The position numbers and the translations under genes were made by a program. From Thermostichus sp. DRC_bins_24 (lineage in GTDB: Bacteria; Cyanobacteriota; Cyanobacteriia; Thermostichales; Thermostichaceae): DNA of 64,000 nt. Of this stretch, positions 50,867 through 60,420 are shown one piece after another (positions within the stretch are counted from its first letter, which is position 1; every line of letters starts with the position of its first letter). The stretch is from positions 1 to 64,000 of the forward strand of contig JAUQVK010000086.1 of assembly GCA_039794845.1 (NCBI GenBank), in the 5' to 3' direction. The notes beneath the pieces are model-generated. The model saw only the letters and a program-made list of their open reading frames with translations. It was not told the DNA's origin and made no database searches.

Positions 50867-50937
50867 CATCAGCCTCTTGATCACGGTGACAGCAAAAGTC
50901 GGAAAATTTGAGGCGGTTTCGGTGAACTCCATCACCT
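50858..50937 (-). ncRNA. Fluoride (crcB) riboswitch
   Basis: Minus strand GGTGATGGAGTTCACC-GAAACCGCC...GGCTGATGACTCCTAC matches the crcB-motif consensus; upstream of a crcB operon. Confidence 0.95.
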
Positions 50938-51028
50938 GTTGCTAAGGCAGACCCTTAAGCCTGCCCACAACCCATTGCTCTACAGAGTATCACAAGAGTT
51001 CCTCCTCTTCCTGTATCTATCTTCTCCC

Positions 51029-51724
51029 TCAATCCACCGCAACCAAGCGATAGGGGTGACCGGGGCGCTCGATGGAGCGATAAAAATCGGAACAAACATT
51101 GTGGGTGAGGCGGTCGCTCATGCTGCGGGTGACCTTTTGTACCACCTGGTTGGCCACCCGACGCACCAATCGGTGGGGCAGCACCTGTAAAAACCCGGGC
51201 AAAGCCAGCCAAATGTCCAAATGCAGATCCCAATGAACACGGGTGGTGGGTGAAAGCCCGCTGTCGCCGGCGAGTTCCGGGGATCCGCTCAGCTCCTCCA
51301 ACCGGAAGGTTGCCCGGCAATCGACGCGGTAGGGCATGGCGGCATCGCCCGGCAGCTCAATGGAGGTCAGGCGGAACACATCATTCTCGTCGGGCCAGAT
51401 TTTTACCCCAAAACAGGGCTCGAGCTCGAAACCCAACCCGCCAATGCGAAAGAACTCCAGCTTGTAGCTGTCTGCAGACAATGCCTCCACCTGCAGTGGC
51501 TTGAAGCAGCGTTGGATCCACTGGGAGTGGCCCCGCAGGTAGTGCGCCAGGGTTTCTCGATCCGTTTCCAGATCCACCTGTCCGCGCCGTGTTGCCCGTA
51601 AATCCAGTCGCGTTAGCGGGACGAAGTCCTTGTGGGCTTTGGCTAGCTGCTGCTGTTCAGAGGCTGCATCGCAATCCTGACCATCATTTGCTGGAACGAC
51701 GGGCTTGGAGCTGGCGATAGACAT
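51029..51724 (-). CDS. DUF1997-family protein
   Basis: [33 protein letters not shown]; overlaps the hisIE end. Confidence 0.8.
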   Translation of the reverse strand: MSIASSKPVVPANDGQDCDAASEQQQLAKAHKDFVPLTRLDLRATRRGQVDLETDRETLAHYLRGHSQWIQRCFKPLQVEALSADSYKLEFFRIGGLGFELEPCFGVKIWPDENDVFRLTSIELPGDAAMPYRVDCRATFRLEELSGSPELAGDSGLSPTTRVHWDLHLDIWLALPGFLQVLPHRLVRRVANQVVQKVTRSMSDRLTHNVCSDFYRSIERPGHPYRLVAVD

Positions 51725-52382
51725 CTTTGATATCCACCTGATGATATGCGAGAGCCACAAGACAGTGATACCAAAGGTCGGCAACCTCGCTGGCAATCGC
51801 TGTGGGCTCCTGGTCTTTGACGGCCATCACCACCTCGGCGGTTTCCTCACCGAGTTTTTTGAGGATGGCATTGTCTCCCTTGGCCAGCAGGGTGCTGGTG
51901 TAGGAGGTGGGGCTGGGATCCGCCTGACGGGCTTTCACCACAGCGAACACTTGGGAAAGCGTATCAGCTGCAGGGGGAAGGCTACTTGCGCTTTTCAGCA
52001 AGGGCCGGAAGAAGCAGCTACGGGCTCCGGTATGACAGGCTACATCCCCAACCTGCTCCACTGTAATCAACAGTGCATCGCTGTCGCAGTCGTAACGGAT
52101 TTGTTTGACCCATTGTACATGTCCAGAAGTTTCTCCTTTGGCCCAAAGGGCCTGGCGAGAGCGACTCCAGAACCAGGTGCGGCCCGTTTCCAAGGTTTTC
52201 TGCAGGGATCCCCGGTTCATCCAGGCCATCATCAACACCGTCCCATCCAAATAATCTTGAACGATGGCGGGGATCAGGCCCTGCTCGTTGTAGCTGAGGC
52301 TATCCAAACAGGCCAACTCCTCCGGGGAAAGAGCCCGACCGGTCGAAGATGGAGACGGGTCAGCAGCTGAAACAGCAAGCAT
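51684..52382 (-). CDS. hisIE: Bifunctional PR-AMP cyclohydrolase / PR-ATP pyrophosphatase
   Basis: [38 protein letters not shown]. Confidence 0.96.
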   Translation of the reverse strand: MLAVSAADPSPSSTGRALSPEELACLDSLSYNEQGLIPAIVQDYLDGTVLMMAWMNRGSLQKTLETGRTWFWSRSRQALWAKGETSGHVQWVKQIRYDCDSDALLITVEQVGDVACHTGARSCFFRPLLKSASSLPPAADTLSQVFAVVKARQADPSPTSYTSTLLAKGDNAILKKLGEETAEVVMAVKDQEPTAIASEVADLWYHCLVALAYHQVDIKDVYRQLQARRSSK

Positions 52383-52461
52383 GGCGTGGCTTCACCGAAA
52401 GACATGAGTGCAGGATAACAGGGTAAACCACCACGGGCATATCCGCCATTTCACGGGTCAT

Positions 52462-52764
52462 TCAAACTGCCGGCAAGAACTCCGGCGCAGACAGAGACAG
52501 CAACACCCCTTCCCCCTGGTGATCACTGGGAATGGTCACCAACCAGCGGTCGGCATTCTCACGGGCGGTAAGGATCCCTAAAGCCCCCTGAACGTAGGGG
52601 GGATACAACACCTGCACCCGCATTCCCGGCACCAATTGAGCCGCAGCCTGCAACAAACCGCTCTCTTGGCCAACGTTCTGGAACGCTTCAGCGCCCTGGG
52701 TTTTCTCTGCAGCAGTTCGTGCCATGGGATCCCTCAACATCACCACTCCTCCGTCGCGCATCAT
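52462..52764 (-). CDS. Small hypothetical protein (SH3/KOW-like tail)
   Basis: LVPGMRVQVLYPPYVQGALG...WLV; start uncertain. Confidence 0.5.
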   Translation of the reverse strand: MMRDGGVVMLRDPMARTAAEKTQGAEAFQNVGQESGLLQAAAQLVPGMRVQVLYPPYVQGALGILTARENADRWLVTIPSDHQGEGVLLSLSAPEFLPAV

Positions 52765-52902
52765 CCCCGGCCAAGCTCAGCAAGATTCAGGCCCCAACAC
52801 ACCACGCGTAGTAGCAGCAGCAAGCTCAACCACCAGAGGTAGGGTAAGCACGACTTGTTTAGACAGGATAAATACAATTTTGAGGAATGACTGTATCACC
52901 GA

Positions 52903-55347
52903 TCACGAACCCAACTGAGAAGTTGCGCTCGGGGCGATCCGTCGGGGTTCTGCAGCGATGCCGGGCAGAGGTTTGCGCTCCGGCTTGCGAGCCAAGGGCA
53001 GGGCTTGCCGTTCTAGGCGCGTATCCACCAACACCGAGGGCGGGGCCAGCTTGACCCGATCCAGCAGTTGTTGTAGCAATGGGGCATCGATTTCGTCCAC
53101 ACGGCTTGTTGCAGCGGTTGGGGCCGTTCCGGCCACCAAGGGGGTGGGGGTGACTTGAGGGCTAGCATTCAGGGATCCGCCTGAGGCCCCACCGGCAGGA
53201 TCCGCCAGCACCAATTCCGCCATCGCCTGGGCTACTTCGTTGCCGTAGATCCCATCTGGGCCCGAGGGGAGCAGATCCGCCCGTCCGTACTTGGCGGCCA
53301 ACCGGCTCAAGCCCAGTTGCAACGCCACCACCGCCGAGCCGCGATCCCCTCGCTTCAGGGTGCGTTGGCCGGCCAGCACGCTGTTCAGGTAGGCTTTGGC
53401 GGAGTCTTGTTCGCCGGTGGGCAGCAAATGCACCAACCCCTCCACGTCAATGCCCGCCTGAGGGGTGGCGGTCGGTTCCGAGCGGGGATCCCCGGCCCAG
53501 AGCTCCGTCATGTCATAAAGCAAAATGGCATGGGGGACGGGCCGGCTGGGTTGGTTGGGGCCCGCATGGCCGGTGGCCAAGATCTCCCCTTCGTAAAGTA
53601 ACGAGGTGCTAAAGCCCGAATCCAAAAGAATGGCCTCACGGATCCCGGTTTTGGGCAGAATGCGGGCCAAGATAGCAGCATTGACGTGGGTTTTGGTGAC
53701 CCCAATCACCACCTGATCTTGGTCGTCCACCCCAAAAAAGGCCCTGGGACGAAATTCCTCGGCACTGGAAAGACGGAAGGAGTCAATCTCCGCCTGACTG
53801 AGGGCCTGACCATCCTTCACCAACCACAGCCCTGCCACAAACAGATCGGTGACATCCGGCATCAACTTCTGGATATTGGCGAAGTTGGTCATGGTATCGG
53901 GGTCAAAGGGCACAAAGCGAATGCGATCCTTGCCCATTAAGACTAGGGGGCGGCCCCGCACCACCTTGTCATCTTCGGGGCGACCGGGAATAAAGGTCTT
54001 GTGATTGGCCGCCATCACCGGCCCCACCATGATGTTGCTGGCAGAGTTGATCCAGGGAATGGAAAAGAAGCTGCCGTTGATGCCCGCATCCGCTTGGTAG
54101 CGTTGGGCCAGGGTGCTGACTTCGTAGCGCCGCTCCGCATGAACCGTGGCCGCCCGTCCGCCGCGAATGGTGAGGGTACGCACCTGATCGATCACCTCAT
54201 CCTTCAAAGCCAGCGGTTGGGTCACGTTGAGCAGGTAGTCGGGGCTGCGGCTGAGGTTAACCGTTTTGGCCCCGATGATCGCCTCCGTAATGCGGAATTG
54301 GTTAAAGCGCCGCACCTCCAGCAAATTGGGGGATTGCCCCGTAAAGCCGGGATCCATGGTGAAGGACATCAAGTAACCGGCATCCGCCAGGTATTGCATC
54401 ACCCGCTCGTCTCGATTCCCTTCGGGGTAGGCGAAGTAGTCGATGCGGTGGCCCAGTTCTTCTTCCAATTTGGTTTTGCAGTCAAACACTTCCCGGCGCA
54501 GACGAGCATCATCCAGCACCCGCAGATCAGGAGGGTGATTGACGGTATGGGCGGCAAAATCGATCAAGCCACTGGCATCCATCTCCCGCATTTGATCCCA
54601 GGTGAAGTGATCTTTGCTGGTGGGCACCCCGACAAAGCCCGTTTGCACAAAATAGGCGGCGGGGTAGTTGTACTCCTTCAGGAGGGGGTAGGCATTTTCG
54701 TACAGACCCAGGTAGGCATCGTCGAAGGTGAGGAGGATGGCCTTCTCTGGCAAGGGATCCCCGTCCCGCAGGTGCTTGTAGAGCTGATCGATGTGAATCG
54801 GGGTGACCCCCGCCTGTTTGATTGCTTCAAAATGCTGCCGCAGTTCCGCCAGGGTGGTGTCGAACCAGACTTCTTTACGGCTGGCCACCACATCGTGGTA
54901 CATGATCGACGGCACGTAGGAGAGGCTGGCCAAGGGATCCAACGCGAAGGGATCCCGTTCCAACTGGGGCTCTTTGACAATGGGCAAACGTTGCTGTTGA
55001 GCCGCTTTGGCGGCGGCACGGGGAGCGGGCAACTCGGCAACCGGTTCCGATAACCCCGGCAAACGGCTGGCCCAATCGGGATTGGCAATGCCCCAGGCCA
55101 TGAGGGCTCCGGCGCTAAAGCCCAACAGGATCACCAGCAAAGCCACGAAGCGGAACAGCTTAAAGCGAGGCTGCACCTGAGGGCGACGGGGGGGATAGGA
55201 AAAGCTTTGTCGTGGGATAGATCCCTGCGGCAGACGAGGCTGGGATCCCCTTTGGGACGCACCCATCCTGCCGTTGGCGGGGTTAGAACCTGGATTCCTT
55301 GGCGATGGCAACCCTCCCAGGCGCGACGGATGCTGTCGAGATGTCAT
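52903..55347 (-). CDS. Polysaccharide deacetylase (NodB) fused to phosphodiester-glycosidase-like and PG-binding-like domains
   Basis: IMYHD, LTFDDAY, HTVNHP, FAYPEG; GINGSFF, RPRAFFG, LLDSGFSTSL; LKRGDRGSAVVALQ..DGIYG. Confidence 0.85.
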   Translation of the reverse strand: MTSRQHPSRLGGLPSPRNPGSNPANGRMGASQRGSQPRLPQGSIPRQSFSYPPRRPQVQPRFKLFRFVALLVILLGFSAGALMAWGIANPDWASRLPGLSEPVAELPAPRAAAKAAQQQRLPIVKEPQLERDPFALDPLASLSYVPSIMYHDVVASRKEVWFDTTLAELRQHFEAIKQAGVTPIHIDQLYKHLRDGDPLPEKAILLTFDDAYLGLYENAYPLLKEYNYPAAYFVQTGFVGVPTSKDHFTWDQMREMDASGLIDFAAHTVNHPPDLRVLDDARLRREVFDCKTKLEEELGHRIDYFAYPEGNRDERVMQYLADAGYLMSFTMDPGFTGQSPNLLEVRRFNQFRITEAIIGAKTVNLSRSPDYLLNVTQPLALKDEVIDQVRTLTIRGGRAATVHAERRYEVSTLAQRYQADAGINGSFFSIPWINSASNIMVGPVMAANHKTFIPGRPEDDKVVRGRPLVLMGKDRIRFVPFDPDTMTNFANIQKLMPDVTDLFVAGLWLVKDGQALSQAEIDSFRLSSAEEFRPRAFFGVDDQDQVVIGVTKTHVNAAILARILPKTGIREAILLDSGFSTSLLYEGEILATGHAGPNQPSRPVPHAILLYDMTELWAGDPRSEPTATPQAGIDVEGLVHLLPTGEQDSAKAYLNSVLAGQRTLKRGDRGSAVVALQLGLSRLAAKYGRADLLPSGPDGIYGNEVAQAMAELVLADPAGGASGGSLNASPQVTPTPLVAGTAPTAATSRVDEIDAPLLQQLLDRVKLAPPSVLVDTRLERQALPLARKPERKPLPGIAAEPRRIAPSATSQLGS

Positions 55348-55563
55348 GATGTCCTCCCCACTCCCCAAAGTTCAGCCCCAAAGGACTCCGTCTTGCGGAC
55401 GGCAAAACCAACGCCAGCCTACCATCCCTGGGTTGGGGATGCACAAAGCCGTAGCCCATAAACTATTGGTCAGGATCCCTGCAGGCCAGCCCTGTGAGGC
55501 TGCTTCCCCATGTTTAAAGGCTGGGGATGAGCATTTGAAGACCGTGTCAGGGCTTAAGGCCCC

Positions 55564-56055
55564 TCAGTTGAGGTTGCTCAAGACATTGGATTCAGAAATG
55601 CTGAGGATTTGACCTCCCATTCGGGTGATGCGCTTCACTTCTTGAGAGAGGCGGCTGAAGGGCACCTTGTACTCGATGACGCTCTTGCGTACGCCCCCTC
55701 CAACCACACCCGACACCTTGATGGTGAAGGTTTTATCGCTATTAGGCAGGGATGACCCTGAGGGTGCTGATGTGCTGACGTGTACAGAGCCAGATTCTGG
55801 AGCTTCGGAAGGAGGAGCAGCACTCTCCCGTTCTAGGAGCAGTCTCCAGGTGCGCGGGTAAGCCGGGGCAAGACGATAGGCCACTTTGTAGGATCCGGCC
55901 AGATTGCCATCCTCTGATTCCACCTTCACCACCGCCCCAACCGGAACATCCAGCTTGGCCCCGGTGGACATGACTTTAATGCCAGGCCAATTGGTGGGCA
56001 CATCCGCAAGTGGTTCGACCTCAAAGGATTGATCCCCCAGCAACAATTTGGCCAT
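55564..56055 (-). CDS. Protein with a C-terminal CpcD/phycobilisome-linker domain and unrecognised N-terminal domain
   Basis: FTIKVSG...RKSVIEYKVPFSRLSQEVKRITRMGGQILSI; GGAG RBS. Confidence 0.82.
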   Translation of the reverse strand: MAKLLLGDQSFEVEPLADVPTNWPGIKVMSTGAKLDVPVGAVVKVESEDGNLAGSYKVAYRLAPAYPRTWRLLLERESAAPPSEAPESGSVHVSTSAPSGSSLPNSDKTFTIKVSGVVGGGVRKSVIEYKVPFSRLSQEVKRITRMGGQILSISESNVLSNLN

Positions 56056-56233
56056 GTCGATAACTCCGTTTTGCCCAGCGCTCAGTGGCCGAGGACTTGC
56101 CTACAACCACCGCTTTACCGTCAGCCATTCTACCGTTGCCCGGTGCCCACCTGAACCATCCTGCCGGCTTGTGTAGTTTAAAGTAGATTTGTTAAGAAGA
56201 CTGTGGATTCGTCGCTGGTATGGAGGGAGCACG

Positions 56234-56788
56234 ATGGATGGGTCAAGGTGGGCTTTGCCGGATCTGTCGGCATGGTCGGATCAGTTGACTGCTGCATTGC
56301 AGCCGGTGGCCCAGGTGTTTGCCGGGTTGGATTTGCCGCAGCCGATTGTGCGGTGGGGCCACCCCTTGATGATGGGTATTGTGGTGGTGGCTATGGGCAG
56401 CTTTGTCGGCTTGACGGGCTGGCGGGGTCGGGCCTTGCGCCTGGCAGCAGAAGCCGCTTCAGAGGGATCCCTCTCGGAATCGGCCCAGAAACAGTTGTTG
56501 GATCATCGCAAATTGGCCCCCTGGATGGCGACGTTTTTGGCTTTGGGCTACACGGGCGGTATTTTGTCTTTGGTGATGCAAGGGGAACCTCTATTGAGTA
56601 GCCCTCATTTTTGGACGGGATCCCTGGTGTTACTGTTGTTGGGGGTGAATGGTGCTTTGTCCATCACGGGCTTTGGGGGTAACCGTGCCGCTCTGCGGAC
56701 CACCCATGCCTATGTGGGCAGTCTCATCCTGTGTGTGCTGTTTGCCCATGCGCTGCTTGGGATTAAGTTGGGTTTGTCTTTAGCCTGA
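56234..56788 (+). CDS. DUF4079-family membrane protein
   Basis: WGHPLMMGIV, DHRKLAP, SPHFWTG, RTTHAYVG, HALLG. Confidence 0.85.
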   Translation: MDGSRWALPDLSAWSDQLTAALQPVAQVFAGLDLPQPIVRWGHPLMMGIVVVAMGSFVGLTGWRGRALRLAAEAASEGSLSESAQKQLLDHRKLAPWMATFLALGYTGGILSLVMQGEPLLSSPHFWTGSLVLLLLGVNGALSITGFGGNRAALRTTHAYVGSLILCVLFAHALLGIKLGLSLA

Positions 56789-56859
56789 GGTTGCAGACAC
56801 CGGGGAGTGCCTAATTTCCATCCCGCCTCCTTTACAGTTGCCAAGAGGGATCCCGTCTT

Positions 56860-58452
56860 TTGCCTGCGGTTGTTTTGCTGATCCTGGGGCTAAGCTTGCT
56901 CCTGCGCTGGCTGATTGCTGCCGCATTGCCCCCGGGCTTTGACGAAGCCTACTACTATCTCTACACCCGCCACCTGGACTGGAGCTATTTCGACCATCCG
57001 CCGTTGGTGGCCTGGGTGACGGGTTTTGGGCCCCTCTTAACCGGGCAGGTGTCGGCCCTTTCGATTCGACTGGGATCCCTGCTGCTGTATACGGGCTCTT
57101 CGATTTTCCTGTACCGCACCGGGGCCCATCTTTTTTCCGCCCGAGCCGGCGTGATCAGCTTGGCGGTGGCCAACATTGCGCCCATCCTCTGGGTGGGGTT
57201 TGGGGTGCTGACGCTGCCGGATAGCCCGCTGATCTTTTTCTCGGCGGCGACGCTGTGGGTCTGTGGCCAAGAGTTTTTCCCGCTTCCCTCTCAGCGGGGC
57301 CAGGGGACATTTGGCGTTTATGGGGCCACTCGTTACCAGCCGGGGCCAAGACTGGCCCTGATCGGGCTGTTGGTGGGGTTGGCCTGTTTGGGGAAGTACC
57401 ACGGGTTGGCTTTGGGCTTTGGCCTGGTGCTCTTTTGTCTGCTTAGCCCTCACCATCGTCGTGCCTTGGGGTCGGGGTGGACGGGGATTGCCCTACTGGC
57501 TTTTTGGATTGCCCTCAGCCCTGTGCTGCTTTGGAATGCCCAACAGGATTGGGTCTCCTTCCGCTTTCAGGGGGGACGGGCATTGCCGGAGGCGGGGTAT
57601 CAATTGGGGGAGCTGTTTTTGACGGCTGGGGTGGGGATCCTTTACCTATTTCCCAGCTTAGGGATCCCGCTGTGGGGGGCGAGTTTGGCCAACAGTGGAC
57701 GGATCCTGTTGCAAACCGTGCAAGGATTGCGGCTCACGGATGAAGATCTGAAGCGGCTGCTGATTCTGGCCTGTGGTTTGCCCTTGGTGCTGGGGTTCAC
57801 GGTGATGGGGGGCTACCGACAGATTTTGCCCACCTGGCCGATGCCGGGGTTTTGGGTGCTGACTTTGCTGCTGGGATCCCAGTGGGAAGGGTGGAGGCGG
57901 GTGGGACGGGGGTTGAGCGCGTCGTGGCTGATGGTGGTTTTGTTGGTGGGGGTGGGGCTGGCCCATGTGCGCTACGGCCTCTTGCAGGCGCCGGGGGGGT
58001 TGGGGCTGTGGCCGGTAGAGACGGATCCCTCCACCCAGCTCATCGAGATCGAACAGTTGCGGCAGGCCTTTCAGACGGATCCCGATTTGGCTCAGGCCCT
58101 GGCCGAAGTTGATTTTGTCTTTACCAATGCCTATTTTTTGGGTGGGCAGATCGGCATGGCCTTGGCTCCCCTCACGAATAAGCCCCTAACCTGCTTAGAT
58201 GAAGATCTGCGGGGGTTTGCCTTTTGGTCGCAACCGGAGGATTGGCTAGGGCAGGATGGCTTGTTACTCACCTCGGCGCTGTTTCAACCCCCAAATGGGA
58301 TCCCGGCTACCTATGGCGACTACTTTGCCCGCATTGAACCTGTGGCCGAGATTCCCCTGATGCGGGCGGGGGCAGTGGCACAAACCTTTCAGGTGTACCG
58401 GGCTCAACAAATGCTTAGAGCCTACCCGCGTCCCTACTCACGGCGACAGTAG
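56860..58452 (+). CDS. ArnT/PMT-like GT-C glycosyltransferase
   Basis: DEAYY, LDWSYFDHPP, PDSPL, GLACLGKY, PVLLWN. Confidence 0.9.
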   Translation: MPAVVLLILGLSLLLRWLIAAALPPGFDEAYYYLYTRHLDWSYFDHPPLVAWVTGFGPLLTGQVSALSIRLGSLLLYTGSSIFLYRTGAHLFSARAGVISLAVANIAPILWVGFGVLTLPDSPLIFFSAATLWVCGQEFFPLPSQRGQGTFGVYGATRYQPGPRLALIGLLVGLACLGKYHGLALGFGLVLFCLLSPHHRRALGSGWTGIALLAFWIALSPVLLWNAQQDWVSFRFQGGRALPEAGYQLGELFLTAGVGILYLFPSLGIPLWGASLANSGRILLQTVQGLRLTDEDLKRLLILACGLPLVLGFTVMGGYRQILPTWPMPGFWVLTLLLGSQWEGWRRVGRGLSASWLMVVLLVGVGLAHVRYGLLQAPGGLGLWPVETDPSTQLIEIEQLRQAFQTDPDLAQALAEVDFVFTNAYFLGGQIGMALAPLTNKPLTCLDEDLRGFAFWSQPEDWLGQDGLLLTSALFQPPNGIPATYGDYFARIEPVAEIPLMRAGAVAQTFQVYRAQQMLRAYPRPYSRRQ

Positions 58453-58577
58453 GGGTTGAGCAGTATGCAGTATAGGGGGAGCACTGCGGCGGATCCTGGT
58501 AGGCTTGAATCGTTGCCGGTTCGGCAATGTAGCCCTTCAGGCTGAACCGCTCATGTTCCACTGTGTAGGTAGGCCCC

Positions 58578-59018
58578 ATGACCGAACCTTATGCGCCGAA
58601 TCCCGGCGCACCTTCTCCGTCTCGTCAGGGTGTTGTCGGTATGACTTGTGCCCTCGGGGATCCTGTGGATGCCATGGCTCCCGATCAATCGGAAATTCGC
58701 TTTTTGGCTCAGGTGCAGGGGGGCAGCATGGTCCACTGTCGCTTGCCCGTGGGTAAAGTCTCTTTGGCGGTTACCCATCGCACGGTTGAGGAGTTGTGGT
58801 ACATCCTGTCTGGGGAGGGGGAACTGTGGCGGCGGCAGGGGGAGCAGCAGCAGGTGGTCACCCTACAGGCGGGGATCAGCCTGTCCATTCCTTTGGGGGC
58901 TCATTTTCAATTTCGCAATACGGGAGCGGAGCCTTTGCAGTTCATCATTGTCACCATGCCGCCTTGGCCCGGGGCAGAGGAGGCGGTGCGGGTGCCCGAT
59001 TACTGGCCAATTTCTTAA
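58578..59018 (+). CDS. Cupin domain protein
   Basis: APDQSEIR, HRTVEELWYILSGEG, IPLGAHFQFRN, TMPPWPG. Confidence 0.88.
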   Translation: MTEPYAPNPGAPSPSRQGVVGMTCALGDPVDAMAPDQSEIRFLAQVQGGSMVHCRLPVGKVSLAVTHRTVEELWYILSGEGELWRRQGEQQQVVTLQAGISLSIPLGAHFQFRNTGAEPLQFIIVTMPPWPGAEEAVRVPDYWPIS

Positions 59019-59082
59019 ACGTGTTCGGGGAAAGTTAGTGCTATCTTAAGACCGCTTCTGTCCACGCCAGGGGGATGGCACT

Positions 59083-60420
59083 TTGTCTGGCGAGCTGCTG
59101 ATCCGAAATGCCGAACTGCTGGTACCGGAAGGGGATCCCTGGCGGGGGGATCTCCTGGTGCGCAAGGGGATCATCGCCCAAATCGACCGCAGCATTTCCC
59201 CCGAAGGGGTTGCCCACGTTATCGAGGCAGAGGGCAAAACTCTGATGCCAGGGGTAATCGACCCACAGGTTCATTTTCGCGAACCGGGACGAGAACACAA
59301 AGAAGATTTGCAAACGGGATCCTGGGCCTGTGCCCACGGCGGGGTGACCAGCTTTTTGGAGATGCCCAATACCGATCCGCTGACCATCAACCAAGCGGCC
59401 CTGGATGACAAATTGGCCCGCGCCGCCAGCAAATGTGTGGTGAATTACGGCTTTTTTATCGGGGCAACTGTCGATAACCTAAAAGATCTGCAAACGGTGC
59501 AGGGGGCTTGTGGCATCAAGATCTTTATGGGATCCATGCACGGCCCCCTGTTGGTAGATGATCAAGCGGCACTCGAGCGCATTTTTGGGGAGACGGATCC
59601 CAACTTTTTAATTGCGGTCCACGCCGAAGATCTCACCCGGATCCGTGCCCGTCAAGCGGCTTTTGCCGGGCAAACCGATGTGGCGGTTCACTCCCAAATT
59701 CAAGACGAAGAATCCGCCCTGATCGCCAGCCAAAGGGCCTTGGATTTATCCACCCGCTATCGGCACCGTCTGCACATTTTGCATCTTTCTACGGGGCTGG
59801 AGGTGGATCTGCTGCGGCAACACAAACCCGCTTGGGTCACAGCGGAAGTGACCCCACAACACCTGCTCCTGAGCACCGAAGATTACGCCCGTGTCGGATC
59901 CCTGGCCCAAATGAACCCCCCCCTACGGGATCCCCAAAACAATCTGCAGCTTTGGCAGGGGTTACAGGAGGGCATCTTAGACTGCATCGCCACCGATCAT
60001 GCCCCCCATACCCTGGAAGAGAAAGCCCAACCCTACCCCGGGTCGCCTTCGGGAATGCCGGGGGTGGAAACGGCTCTGCCCCTGATGTTGACCGCCGCTC
60101 GCCAGGGCCGCTGTACCCTGTCTCAGGTGGTGCAGTGGATGTGTGAGGCACCGGCCCGTCTCTACGGGATCCCCAATAAGGGGCGACTGCAGGTGGGCTA
60201 CGATGCCGACCTGGTGCTGGTGGATCGACATACCCCCAAACCGGTGCGGCGACAGGATTTGTTGACCAAGTGCGGCTGGAGCCCGTTTGAAGGCTGGGAA
60301 CTGGTCGGCTGGCCCCTGCTCACGGTGGTGGGCGGCCAGATTGCCTTTCGAGAGGGGAAAGTGGATCCCTCGGTGCGGGGTAGGGCTCTACAGTTTCAGC
60401 ACTCGGGATCCCGAACTTAG
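59083..60420 (+). CDS. pyrC: Dihydroorotase (type I, allantoinase-like amidohydrolase)
   Basis: [45 protein letters not shown]. Confidence 0.88.
   Translation: MSGELLIRNAELLVPEGDPWRGDLLVRKGIIAQIDRSISPEGVAHVIEAEGKTLMPGVIDPQVHFREPGREHKEDLQTGSWACAHGGVTSFLEMPNTDPLTINQAALDDKLARAASKCVVNYGFFIGATVDNLKDLQTVQGACGIKIFMGSMHGPLLVDDQAALERIFGETDPNFLIAVHAEDLTRIRARQAAFAGQTDVAVHSQIQDEESALIASQRALDLSTRYRHRLHILHLSTGLEVDLLRQHKPAWVTAEVTPQHLLLSTEDYARVGSLAQMNPPLRDPQNNLQLWQGLQEGILDCIATDHAPHTLEEKAQPYPGSPSGMPGVETALPLMLTAARQGRCTLSQVVQWMCEAPARLYGIPNKGRLQVGYDADLVLVDRHTPKPVRRQDLLTKCGWSPFEGWELVGWPLLTVVGGQIAFREGKVDPSVRGRALQFQHSGSRT

Noticed and set aside
55500..55535. Hairpin resembling an IS200/IS605 end (CTTCCCC...GGGGATGAGC)
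   Set aside because: No TCAA end or transposase remnant; could equally be a terminator for the CpcD-domain gene
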